A stretch of DNA of 42,161 nucleotides from the IMG/VR virus record IMGVR_UViG_3300033076_001203, positions 1 through 42,161 of that record. One strand, 5' to 3'. The notes beneath the pieces were generated by a model. The model saw only the letters and a list, made by a program, of their open reading frames with translations, did not search any database and was not told the DNA's origin. Shown here piece by piece: positions 8,906 to 17,348 of this stretch. The translations under genes and the position numbers were made by a program. Source of the DNA: a virus (Duplodnaviria; Caudoviricetes). Numbering within the stretch: the first letter of the stretch is position 1; each line of letters starts with the position of its first letter.

Positions 8906-8945
8906 TGACCACCGATTGACCACATTTGACCACATGAGTGACCAC
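8906..8945 (+). repeat. Four TGACCAC direct repeats (putative integrase arm-type or Xis sites)
   Basis: Copies at 8906, 8917, 8927 and 8939, about one helical turn apart, beside attP. Confidence 0.65.
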
Positions 8946-9051
8946 AAGCCGAAATCGGCCCCTAGGCAGGAGTCATCCGCCGTCATCTGGCAGGGGTGTT
9001 AAAAAAATCGGTAGTGGGTCAGTTTGAAAAACAAAATGCAAAATAGTTCAT

Positions 9052-9087
9052 TTTGATTGTTGACGTATGAAATCAAACGTGTATTAT
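9052..9087 (+). promoter_or_regulatory. Sigma70-like promoter with overlapping inverted repeat
   Basis: TTGACG(9060)-16-TATTAT(9082); TTTGATT...AATCAAA inverted repeat. Confidence 0.6.
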
Positions 9088-9122
9088 CTCGTTGTCAGCT
9101 CAACCCAAACAACACAACGAAT

Positions 9123-9560
9123 ATGACCGCCACCGACATCAGCCCAGCACTCAAAATCATCGGCTACGACCTCACCGACATTCCCAGCTACTGTATCGAG
9201 CAGGGCCGCATTGTGATCGCCATAGCCGACAATGACGGCGATGAAGCAGAAAAGACGCTCAATAAGCTGCGTCGCCATCTACCCATCGGTGCCGCTGCCG
9301 AATGGACGGGAAACTCAGACACTAATGGCGATGGGGACACGACCAGTGACTGCGCCATCACATGGGGGGATTTCTCCGACAATGCGGCCACCAAAAAGAA
9401 TTACGAAGCAATTACGGGCCACACCATCTCAGAGTCAGTCAATGGCGCAGACATGCTGACCAAGGAAGAGGTTTGGGTGAGCGGCCTTGAGACTTGGCGC
9501 ACATGGGAGCAACTCGGCAAGGTCGTTGAAATGCATTCCCCATCCAGCAAATCGCTGTAA
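9123..9560 (+). CDS. Hypothetical acidic cargo protein
   Basis: Start MTATDISP after an A/C-rich leader; contains DTNGDGDT. Confidence 0.65.
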   Translation: MTATDISPALKIIGYDLTDIPSYCIEQGRIVIAIADNDGDEAEKTLNKLRRHLPIGAAAEWTGNSDTNGDGDTTSDCAITWGDFSDNAATKKNYEAITGHTISESVNGADMLTKEEVWVSGLETWRTWEQLGKVVEMHSPSSKSL

Positions 9561-9564
9561 TCCA

Positions 9565-9729
9565 ATGAATGCCAAAAAGACAACCAAGAGCCGGGGCGGA
9601 AAACGCCCCGGCGCAGGCCGGAAGGAGTCCGGCAAAGTAAAAATGACCGTGCATATCCTGCCCTCCACGCGGGCATGGCTGGGAGATAAGCCAGGTGAGG
9701 CAATTGATGCACTGCGGCCAGTGCCATGA
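9565..9729 (+). CDS. Small DNA-binding protein (RGGKRPGAGRK motif plus RHH-like segment)
   Basis: MNAKKTTKSRGGKRPGAGRKESGKVKMTVHILPSTRAWL; its stop overlaps the integrase ATG. Confidence 0.7.
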   Translation: MNAKKTTKSRGGKRPGAGRKESGKVKMTVHILPSTRAWLGDKPGEAIDALRPVP

Positions 9730-10808
9730 AAGACGATCCGCATGTCATCTGGCAGGGGCGGAGCTACACCCTCACCAAATGGCGGAAGGGTTGGCGGCTC
9801 CGCAGTCGGCAGCGGGGGAATGAGATCGATTGGCACTTTCCAGGCGTGCCGCTGTCCAGGGCGAAAGAGCAGGCCATTGAGCGGTTTGAAGGGGTCGCGC
9901 CGGTTCGTGTAGCCAAGGGCATTGCCACCCTGCAAAACGTCGTGGACGCATACCGGGAGATGCCGAAACGGGCCGCTGAGAGGTCGGCCTACAACAACAT
10001 CACCCGGCTGACAAAGATCGTGCGCGTGGCCTGGGGGATGGGGCTGGACCGCGCCCTTGTTACCAACGTCCGGCAGCTTTGGGCCGACTACTTCACCAAG
10101 AAGCTCGGCGGCAGGCTGGATCTGTCCACGCGCCGGCAGGGGAACGCGGCCCTGAACAGCGCCGTTCGCATGGCCTCTTCCCTTTTCATCGAACGCCTGC
10201 GTCCCCTCTACCGGGAACGGGGCATCGAAATTCCCGAGGACGCCACCAGCATTCAATGGCTTCCCGAGATGAAGAGGCCGAAGCCGCCGGCGCAAACCGA
10301 CGAACTCGCGTTTGCATGGTCGCAGATGGAAGGCTCCACCATGTTCTACGCCATCGGCCTAGCTCGCTACGCCGGACTTCGGCAGCAGGAAATCGCCGCA
10401 TGCCGCCGAAACTGGATCGTGCAGGATGGCGGAGCGGTTTACGTGGAAATGATGGACCGGCCAGAGGAGGGCTTTCTGTCCAAGACGGGCGAGATTTACC
10501 GGGCGCTGGTCATAAACCCCGTATTCGCCGCGTGCCTGCTAGCCTGCCCCGAGGGCGAGATTGTGCGCCTCACGCCCCTAGAAGGCCGTCGTGATCGTTG
10601 GTTTGAACGCGCTCCGCAAGCCTGGGTGAAGAAGTTCACGGGAACGGCGAAGATGCCATTGCATCGGCTGCGCGGCCTCTACGCCGACGACGTAAAGCGG
10701 CTGACAGAGGACGCCGTAGCTGCTCGTTTGGCAGGGGTGAAGGCTGCCGCTGATGCCTTGGGGCACACGAACACGCAGACCACGGTGCAGAGCTATCTTT
10801 CCACTTGA
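9726..10808 (+). CDS. int: Tyrosine recombinase / integrase
   Basis: Catalytic set: GLRQQE (R), SKTG (K), HRLR (HxxR), LGH and C-terminal Y (QSY). Confidence 0.88.
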   Translation: MKDDPHVIWQGRSYTLTKWRKGWRLRSRQRGNEIDWHFPGVPLSRAKEQAIERFEGVAPVRVAKGIATLQNVVDAYREMPKRAAERSAYNNITRLTKIVRVAWGMGLDRALVTNVRQLWADYFTKKLGGRLDLSTRRQGNAALNSAVRMASSLFIERLRPLYRERGIEIPEDATSIQWLPEMKRPKPPAQTDELAFAWSQMEGSTMFYAIGLARYAGLRQQEIAACRRNWIVQDGGAVYVEMMDRPEEGFLSKTGEIYRALVINPVFAACLLACPEGEIVRLTPLEGRRDRWFERAPQAWVKKFTGTAKMPLHRLRGLYADDVKRLTEDAVAARLAGVKAAADALGHTNTQTTVQSYLST

Positions 10809-10843
10809 AATGGTAGGGAGTGGTAGCATTCATAATGCATGCT

Positions 10844-11327
10844 GGGGAAGGGGTCTATCGCAAGGTATGGCCCTAGAGAAGCGGCAGAAATGCCGTGGTC
10901 GTCTGGAACTGTTGGTTCGAGTCCAACCTTCCCTATCATACTTCCGAGGCGGAAACCTCCCGCTGACAGTCTGGCAGCGTCCTCAAGTGGGCAACGCGGG
11001 CCGGTAGAGGTGAGAGAATAGAATTCAGCGGACAAAGGACAGAGCGGCCTTTTCAGCTAAAAAACAGCGCAGTGAGCCGTTCGGGTATTGCAGTTTTGTT
11101 TGCATGTAATCGTAAGCCCCCGATGAAGCTGAAACGCTGAGTTCTGTTCTCCGAAGGTTGAATTGAGCGAATGGCTTAAAACGTGTGAGATCATCCTGCG
11201 TGGTGACGCCCGTTGTGGCAACCGCAGGCCGGTTCGAATCCCGCCCGCTCAATTCAGCCTTCCAAAACGCGGGAGAGGTGCCAGCTAGCTACTGGCGAGC
11301 GCAAAGTACGCAGCCTCTCCCGCTCCA
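10844..11327 (+). ncRNA. Structured non-coding RNA cluster with several tRNA-like domains
   Basis: Two TTCGA T-loop arms (10911-10927, 11228-11244), two 17-bp closing stems with G-U pairs that favour the + strand, GNRA hairpins, and two domains ending in TCCA. Confidence 0.7.
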
Positions 11328-11331
11328 ATTT

Positions 11332-11748
11332 CTAGGCCCACTCCCAGCTCGCCTTAACCTTGAACGGCGCTTTGAGGCCGAATGCAGCTTGTGCGCCGGG
11401 AGCGAGATCAATCACGCCGCCATTGGTGATGTTTGTCTTGTGCGGCATCGTGTCGCCAAGTAGGCAAATGCGCTCCTTGATGCCGATGGTGACTTTGACC
11501 TTTGCCTTGTGAGCCTTAGCCTTCGTTCCAAATCGAGCTTGCCAGTCCTCGTACGGTAGCGCGACCCATGGCACGGAGGTATCAGAGAGCACGTTGTCAG
11601 CCCAACCGATGCCGGGATCTCCAACCTTGCGCGCCTTGGCTTCTGCCTCGCGCTGAGGCATGCCGAGCTTGAGGAATGAGACGAGGGCGCGTTGATAAGC
11701 GGCCATGTCGGCGCAATCGCCGTAGGAGGTGGCGTAGCCGGTAATCAC
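11332..11748 (-). CDS. Putative endolysin, RlpA-like double-psi beta-barrel lytic transglycosylase fold
   Basis: GYATSYG...WVALP...GDTMP...GGVIDLAPGAQAAFG; last gene of the late operon. Confidence 0.6.
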   Translation of the reverse strand: MITGYATSYGDCADMAAYQRALVSFLKLGMPQREAEAKARKVGDPGIGWADNVLSDTSVPWVALPYEDWQARFGTKAKAHKAKVKVTIGIKERICLLGDTMPHKTNITNGGVIDLAPGAQAAFGLKAPFKVKASWEWA

Positions 11749-12152
11749 GGCGTCACATTCACGGGGTTCTTTGCCGCCTGCCGCGCTTTAATGTTGGCGA
11801 CCTCCTGCGCTGTCAGCCCTGCAATAGCGCCAGCCTTGCCGCCTTGTAGATAGCCAAGAAGGGCAGCATCGCCATCCTTGATCGCGTTGGCTGTGAGCGT
11901 GGCCTTCTGCTCAGGGGTGAGTGAGCAGCTTGCGAGGCTCAACAGGCACAACGAGGCAAGAATCAGCTTGGGGGTGTTGGTGCCAAAAATGAGGGCATTC
12001 CAGACGCCTTTCAGCCCTCCGTTTGTCGTGAGCGCATGCCAGCAACGGCCAAGGATGGGGGTGAGCACGATGCACGCGAGCGCAAAGCCACGGTAGCCTT
12101 GTGGGATGATGTCGAGGATGGGATCTGCTGCGGGGTTGGTGGTAAGGTCCAT
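11745..12152 (-). CDS. Holin/spanin-like membrane protein with internal lipobox
   Basis: Hydrophobic segments and LLSLASC; lysis position. Confidence 0.5.
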   Translation of the reverse strand: MDLTTNPAADPILDIIPQGYRGFALACIVLTPILGRCWHALTTNGGLKGVWNALIFGTNTPKLILASLCLLSLASCSLTPEQKATLTANAIKDGDAALLGYLQGGKAGAIAGLTAQEVANIKARQAAKNPVNVTP

Positions 12153-12171
12153 AGTTTGCTGGTATGTTGTA

Positions 12172-12453
12172 TTAGTCGTCGGAAGGGGGATTTTTAATCG
12201 TTGCAGCCACCTTCCCGGGGAGCTTTCCCACTTGGGAAGAGATGCCATGGATGCGGGCCTTGATGTCGCTCACGTCGCCGCGCAGGGAGTCAATTTGTTG
12301 GTCATGGTGGTCGAGCTTTTTCGCATGCTCTGCGATGGTGGTGACGATCTGGCCTTTGAGGTCGCCCACCTGCATCATCGTGCCGCCAATGGTTAGCACG
12401 CTGGTGATGATGCCCAGCAGGATCAAAATGTGATTTTTTTTCGAGTCGCTCAT
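12172..12453 (-). CDS. Membrane protein with coiled coil (holin/i-spanin-like)
   Basis: N-terminal TM HILILLGIITSVLTIGG plus heptad repeats. Confidence 0.5.
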   Translation of the reverse strand: MSDSKKNHILILLGIITSVLTIGGTMMQVGDLKGQIVTTIAEHAKKLDHHDQQIDSLRGDVSDIKARIHGISSQVGKLPGKVAATIKNPPSDD

Positions 12454-12896
12454 GCCGCCGTCGCGATGATTTCTGCCTTCCGTTGTTCGGTGATTATTCC
12501 AAGCGTTACGAGTCGCGCAAGGCCGCCAGATACGCGCGGATCATCCGGTTGCATTGCGGAGAGCCACGTAGAGAGTGTTAGGCGCATGCCAGCGATGGCA
12601 GGATCAGTGCTGAGTGCAATTGCCGCTTTTTCTTGATCCGTGAATGCAGCCATGAAGGATTCTGTATTGACCCACTGAGGCGGCATGGTCTCGATGGTCC
12701 AGCCGCGCACGACTTGGCGGGCATCGAAATCGATGCTTTCGGTGGCGTGCAGCACTTGGCCGAGGCTGATAGTTGGCTGCTCCTGCTGGATCACATCAAG
12801 CACTAAATAGCTCGGGTCCAGTCCGACAACGTCGCCGTCATCATCACGCGGATAAGGCTGGAGTTTCTGGCCGATCAGGTCATAGAGAATTTTCAT
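12450..12896 (-). CDS. Tail-fibre-associated/assembly protein
   Basis: FMAAFTDQEKAAI...LVTLGIITEQRKAEI motif, seen downstream of phage fibres. Confidence 0.5.
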   Translation of the reverse strand: MKILYDLIGQKLQPYPRDDDGDVVGLDPSYLVLDVIQQEQPTISLGQVLHATESIDFDARQVVRGWTIETMPPQWVNTESFMAAFTDQEKAAIALSTDPAIAGMRLTLSTWLSAMQPDDPRVSGGLARLVTLGIITEQRKAEIIATAA

Positions 12897-13669
12897 GAGT
12901 CGGGAAATTGGTTTGTCGGAACGGAGGACACATCGCGAGAAACCCCTTTGGTCACGCGCACTTCATCAATCCACGCATCAACTGTTTGAATGTAGGTTCC
13001 CGCTGCGTAAGGGAGAGAGCCGACGGCCATAGGCGAAGCTCCGCCAAAGTTGCTGGCGTTGGTGGTGTTTGAGCCGCTTTGTGTGCCGTCAATCCAGAAG
13101 GAAATGGCCGTTCCTGTGCGCTTAACTACCACGTAATACCATACGTTTGTTGATGGCGTCCAGCTTCCACTCTGCGCCACTTGCGAGTTGCTGTAATAGA
13201 GGTAGAGGCCAGCTCCGGTGTCGTTTCGCCACTGAAAAGACCAAGCTGGGTAATTTGAGATAAGCGTTACAGCGGTAGTCGGCGCTGTGTTGAAATTAAC
13301 GAACAACTCAACCGTGAAGTCTCCAGCCCCGAGATCAATATCACTCGCGGCTGCGTAGGTGAAAGCAGAGCCAGCAGAGGGAAACCGCATGGAAGCGGTG
13401 CCAAACTTTACGCGGGCGGTGGAAAGCTGCGCGGAGCCTTGCGCGGTGTCTGCGTGGCCTTTTTGATCAACGGAAGATGTGGCCCCATTGGAGCCGTTGC
13501 CATGAAGCAAAAAGCTGACGTTTGCATAATAAGGATCGCTTCCGCCGCCTCCGCCGCCAGAGGTGAGCCGGTAGGAGTTGATGAGCACGCCACCAAAAGC
13601 TGGAGATGCGAAACCTGCCGCGAGCCAGAGGCAGGCGATAGATTGAAGGAGTTGGTTGATGTGTTTCAT
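12893..13669 (-). CDS. LamG/concanavalin A-like lectin domain protein (receptor binding)
   Basis: DPYYANVSFLLHGNG, GDFTVELFV, WYYVVVKR, IDEVRVTKGVSR. Confidence 0.8.
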   Translation of the reverse strand: MKHINQLLQSIACLWLAAGFASPAFGGVLINSYRLTSGGGGGGSDPYYANVSFLLHGNGSNGATSSVDQKGHADTAQGSAQLSTARVKFGTASMRFPSAGSAFTYAAASDIDLGAGDFTVELFVNFNTAPTTAVTLISNYPAWSFQWRNDTGAGLYLYYSNSQVAQSGSWTPSTNVWYYVVVKRTGTAISFWIDGTQSGSNTTNASNFGGASPMAVGSLPYAAGTYIQTVDAWIDEVRVTKGVSRDVSSVPTNQFPDS

Positions 13670-15099
13670 CGTGTGCCGACGAGGGTGACTTTAAGGCCTT
13701 TGCCCGCGATGGTGCTGCCGATCTGGTCTAGGTTAATCGTGATTTCGGCATCGTCTGCGAGGGAGGAGTCTGAGATAACGCCAGGCACCGCTCCGCCGAC
13801 GCTGGTGAATGCGGAGACTGCGATTTGAGGCTTTGTGCTGAAAATGGTGGTGCCGGACTCTTTTACATCGACGATGATCACGGAGCCAGTGGGAGCGGTG
13901 TTTACGTTCAGCCTCACACTTGTGAGCGTCATCGCATGCGGCATGCGAAACGTTACTTTCGCTGTGCCAGTGGTTAGCGCCGTAGTTTCGTCTGAACAAG
14001 CCACCACGATTTCCACCGGCAGCGCCGTGATGGTAGAGGCTGCTTGCGTGCCGGTATGGTTTGCGCGGGCGAGGGGATTCGTGGAGAGCTTGGAGTTGCT
14101 AATGCTTCCGGCGAGCATCGCGTCTGTGATCGCAGAGTTGGCAATCGAGAGGGTGATACTGCCGCCGCCGTTTGTGACCGTGATGCCGGAGCCTGCGGTC
14201 AACGCGGCTTTAGTCAGCGTGTTTCCAGTTGAGTTGCCGATGAGGAGTTGGCCGTCTGTATAGGTCGTCTGGCCGGTGCCGCCGTAAGATACCCCGACGG
14301 CTGAACCTTGCCATGCGCCCGCGCCAATGGTTCCCAAAGTGGTGATGCTGGTGGAGCCGGTCCATGTGGATAGGGCGGTATTTTCCACTTGGTTCAGCGC
14401 CATGGCTGACTTTAGTGTTGTTGTTGCAGCGGTCCAAACTGGAGCGGATGCAGCGGAGCCGGTGCCTGTGCTGGTTAGGACATACAAAGATGCGGCAGTA
14501 GGGCCTGACAACTTGCTCCACGTGTTTGTGGCTGAGCCGTAAATAACATCACCGACCGACACATTGCTAAATCCCGTGCCGCCGCTGACCGCTCCGATTG
14601 TGGTGGTCGTGGAATAAGTTGATCCATTCCAGGTGATGAAAGTGGGTGACAATGCAAGGCCGAAGCCAGCCGATAGTGTATCGAGTTTCCCATTCCACGC
14701 CTGCACATTCGTGCCAATCTCCAAACCCAAAGCTGTGCGCGCACCGCTGGCCGTGGTGCCTCCAGTGCCACCATTTGCGACGGGGAGTGCGGTTCCGCTC
14801 AAGCTGATGGAAATGGTTCCGCTGTTGGTGATGGGAACTCCGGCGACGGAAAGGAAACTGGGAACGGAGGCATTGACGCTGGTAACAGTGCCCGAACCGC
14901 TGCCGCCACCGCCAAAGCCAGTGGCAGTGCCGTTGTTGATGATAGACGCTCCCGAGTTGATCGTGATCGACTTGCCGGACGGAATCACGATGCTGTCGTT
15001 CACTGCCTTGGTGCCGATGGCCTGCGTGACGTTTTGCGTCGGCGTGGTCGCTGCACAGGCTGAAGAAGCGAGGAGGAAAAATGCGAGGAGGTGTTTCAT
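13666..15099 (-). CDS. Tail fibre protein
   Basis: Gly/Thr/Ser-rich, with LPVANGGTG-type repeats and a C-terminal beta-sandwich (TTGTAKVTFRMP..GKGLKVTLVG). Confidence 0.75.
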   Translation of the reverse strand: MKHLLAFFLLASSACAATTPTQNVTQAIGTKAVNDSIVIPSGKSITINSGASIINNGTATGFGGGGSGSGTVTSVNASVPSFLSVAGVPITNSGTISISLSGTALPVANGGTGGTTASGARTALGLEIGTNVQAWNGKLDTLSAGFGLALSPTFITWNGSTYSTTTTIGAVSGGTGFSNVSVGDVIYGSATNTWSKLSGPTAASLYVLTSTGTGSAASAPVWTAATTTLKSAMALNQVENTALSTWTGSTSITTLGTIGAGAWQGSAVGVSYGGTGQTTYTDGQLLIGNSTGNTLTKAALTAGSGITVTNGGGSITLSIANSAITDAMLAGSISNSKLSTNPLARANHTGTQAASTITALPVEIVVACSDETTALTTGTAKVTFRMPHAMTLTSVRLNVNTAPTGSVIIVDVKESGTTIFSTKPQIAVSAFTSVGGAVPGVISDSSLADDAEITINLDQIGSTIAGKGLKVTLVGTR

Positions 15100-15548
15100 T
15101 CAGCGTCAGGGGTTGGCTTGTCGAAGGTGGAAAGGATTGTTCCGTTCAGCGGCGGTTCTCCCGGCGTCTCGGATTGGAATGGCTGCGACAGCGCAACGGG
15201 GCCATTGTTGCCACCGAGGAATGCAGCCGGGGCGGTGCTTGCCTTGGACTGGTACCCCAGCGAATTCAGGAAGTTGCGTCCATCTAAGGCTACCTTTTGC
15301 AGCTCGCCGAAAAGGTCGGGGCCGAAATGCTCGGCGTAGTCTTCGGGGCGCAGGTAGATCTTACCCGAGCCAGCGACAGAAAGCGCGATGCCGAGATTTA
15401 CGCGATCTTCGCAGTACTTCACAAAGTCGTCTATCTCCTTCAACTTCTGCTGAAACTTAGAGAGCACGCGCTGGTGCTCGATGGCTAGAACAGCCTCCCG
15501 AGGGGTGTACGCGATTTTGACGAACGATGGTTTTGGCGGCGTTTCCAT
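15096..15548 (-). CDS. Hypothetical tail-region protein
   Basis: Operon-coupled ORF. Confidence 0.55.
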   Translation of the reverse strand: METPPKPSFVKIAYTPREAVLAIEHQRVLSKFQQKLKEIDDFVKYCEDRVNLGIALSVAGSGKIYLRPEDYAEHFGPDLFGELQKVALDGRNFLNSLGYQSKASTAPAAFLGGNNGPVALSQPFQSETPGEPPLNGTILSTFDKPTPDAE

Positions 15549-15551
15549 GGC

Positions 15552-16805
15552 TTAGGCGATTTGCACCCACACTCGGGCGTTGGTGCTGGCGTTGTAGTCG
15601 GAAGGGCGAACGTACCCGGCGCTGGCGTCTGTATCGTTGGTGCCGTCTTGAAGTTGCCACGTATGCGGCACGCCAGAGACAACGGTAAAAGCCACGCTGT
15701 TGGTATTGATGACGCCTCCCGCCGTGGTGAGAGACTCAAGCGAGTTGTCTCCCGTGTAGGCCAGAATGGGTTGGAATGCCGTGCGGGTGTAGATTGGCAG
15801 CGTTGACACTGCTGCCGCGCCGATTGGCATCTTGAGCATAACGCCCACGACTGCCGCAGTCTGCTGCTGCGCAGCGCCTGTGAGCGTCACAGTGAGTTCA
15901 GCCTGAGTGAAGGTCGCGCCGTCCAGCATTTCACGAACGCCAGCGGTTGAGAGGTTGAGGAACGCCGTTTTCGTCGGCGGGATCTCAAGCAAGGAATCGT
16001 CAACAGTGAGCGTCATGCTCGATTGGAAAGCGATAACGAAGCCGCCCGAAACCGCCCGCATGACCTTACAAGGGGCGCTGATGAGTTCCAAAGCGGTCTG
16101 GATTTCCATCGCAGATGCGGTCAGTGGAAGGTAGCCAGTCGTTCCCGTGCCAGCCGTAAGGGCGAAAAAGCCGGACGTCGCGGCGGGGTCAAGCTTCAGT
16201 GTCCACACATAATCTCCACCCGTCACAGTGCTGGCTGGCGTGGTCGTTCCCGCTGTCCATGCGTCGGGTACAATTCCAGCAGGGGCCGATTCTTGAAGCT
16301 GCACGCGCCACTGTGCCGGAGTGCTGGACGTCCCCGCGGTGAGTTCGGTAATCGCCGCGGTAACGGTGGTAGCACCCTGAAAGGCGATTGTCCCCGCGGT
16401 CTGAGCACCGGCCGCAGAGAATGAAAAAATCCAGTCGCCCGGGTCGCCCGAGACCATCACACCGCCAGCGTCCACGATGCCGGTCATGGGTGAAATAATG
16501 GCCGAGACCTCCGTTGCTGTAGCATCTGCGCTGATTGGCGCTGATGTGCTGCCACCGAAAGTCAACGTCCAGAATCCGAGCGAAGGCCGGGAGTTTGGAG
16601 CGCCAAGGGAAAGGCTTATTTCGTAGCCGCTGAGGTCAACAGTGTCGAAGGCGCTGGAATCGTGCTGCGAGCGACGATAGGCCGAAAGCTCCACGGGAAG
16701 AACATCGCCATAAATCAGGGGCGGCAGGCTCAAAACCGCATCAGGGCGGGCGGTGGAAGGGATGAATCGCCCTTCGTCCAAGAGCATGCGCAGTTTGAGA
16801 GCCAT
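15552..16805 (-). CDS. Tail tip/baseplate or fibre-attachment protein
   Basis: Beta-rich; repeated TAPISADATATEV / TGYLPLTASAMEI modules. Confidence 0.6.
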   Translation of the reverse strand: MALKLRMLLDEGRFIPSTARPDAVLSLPPLIYGDVLPVELSAYRRSQHDSSAFDTVDLSGYEISLSLGAPNSRPSLGFWTLTFGGSTSAPISADATATEVSAIISPMTGIVDAGGVMVSGDPGDWIFSFSAAGAQTAGTIAFQGATTVTAAITELTAGTSSTPAQWRVQLQESAPAGIVPDAWTAGTTTPASTVTGGDYVWTLKLDPAATSGFFALTAGTGTTGYLPLTASAMEIQTALELISAPCKVMRAVSGGFVIAFQSSMTLTVDDSLLEIPPTKTAFLNLSTAGVREMLDGATFTQAELTVTLTGAAQQQTAAVVGVMLKMPIGAAAVSTLPIYTRTAFQPILAYTGDNSLESLTTAGGVINTNSVAFTVVSGVPHTWQLQDGTNDTDASAGYVRPSDYNASTNARVWVQIA

Positions 16806-16815
16806 GCAGCACTAA

Positions 16816-16839
16816 TGCAAACAAGTTGCAGTAAGTCAA
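16816..16839 (-). promoter_or_regulatory. Late-gene box TGCAA-N5-TTGCA with TTGACT -35
   Basis: TGCAAACAAGTTGCA followed by AGTCAA, just upstream of ATG 16805. Confidence 0.6.
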
Positions 16840-17346
16840 CTAGGTCGTGTTGCTCATGAATGGCCGGAAACAAAAGCGGTACATGAAGGCGTTTGAGTCG
16901 TTCGCGGCAGACGGCAGGGGAATTGTTAGGATCTGCTCAGGCGTGGTAGCATCCAGCACGACAGAAGAGAAGCTGCTATACGTGAAAGCGCCCGTTGTGC
17001 CGTTTCGTGTTCGGGTCGCGTATTCGACTGTGCAGGCAATGAGTGGATTCCCCAGCGTCCAGCGGATTTCATACGTCGTGCTTGACGCCGAGTTGTAGGA
17101 GCTTGAACCGGCGTTGTAGCAGACTCGCGAAGGGTCGCCAACTGGAGCGGTCAATTCTCGTGAGCGCTCATACTGCGCCTCATACCATCGGCCATAAATG
17201 GATGTTGCATGAATCACTGCACCACTGGCGTTTGCCCATGAGGATGTTGTAGACGATCCGGTGGCCGTAATGACCTGCGTAAACCGCGTGGCGGTGCTCA
17301 CCTTCCCATAATACCGGGCATGGAAGATGGATACGGGGGCAGCCAT
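16840..17346 (-). CDS. Tail structural protein
   Basis: Ser/Thr-rich; tail module. Confidence 0.55.
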   Translation of the reverse strand: MAAPVSIFHARYYGKVSTATRFTQVITATGSSTTSSWANASGAVIHATSIYGRWYEAQYERSRELTAPVGDPSRVCYNAGSSSYNSASSTTYEIRWTLGNPLIACTVEYATRTRNGTTGAFTYSSFSSVVLDATTPEQILTIPLPSAANDSNAFMYRFCFRPFMSNTT

Positions 17347-17348
17347 GG

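Larger units (their letters stand above)
8982..9758 (+). mobile_element. Two-gene cassette bounded by 15-bp direct repeats, inserted in the integrase 5' end
   Basis: GTCATCTGGCAGGGG at 8982-8996 and 9744-9758; both copies read VIWQG in frame with an upstream ATG. Confidence 0.65.

Noticed and set aside
9037-9051. Sixth TGCAA-N5-TTGCA box
   Set aside because: Imperfect (TGCAA-AATAG-TTCAT) and in an AT-rich promoter region, so not counted.
10940-11011. HDV-like/theta ribozyme or known riboswitch after the tRNA-like domain
   Set aside because: TCCTC and GGGCAAC are suggestive, but I could not fit the full nested double pseudoknot by hand; left as an unassigned possible pseudoknot.
10844-11264. 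Calling domains I and IV ordinary tRNAs, tmRNA or YrlA
   Set aside because: No canonical D arm or anticodon loop, over-long stems, no tag ORF, and the arm order is not permuted as in YrlA.
10839-11463. Short ORFs in the int-lysin gap
   Set aside because: No protein features; extensive pairing with G-U wobbles explains the region better as RNA.
12893-16805. Diversity-generating retroelement or invertible tail-fibre system
   Set aside because: No reverse transcriptase, invertase or TR/VR repeat pair was seen.
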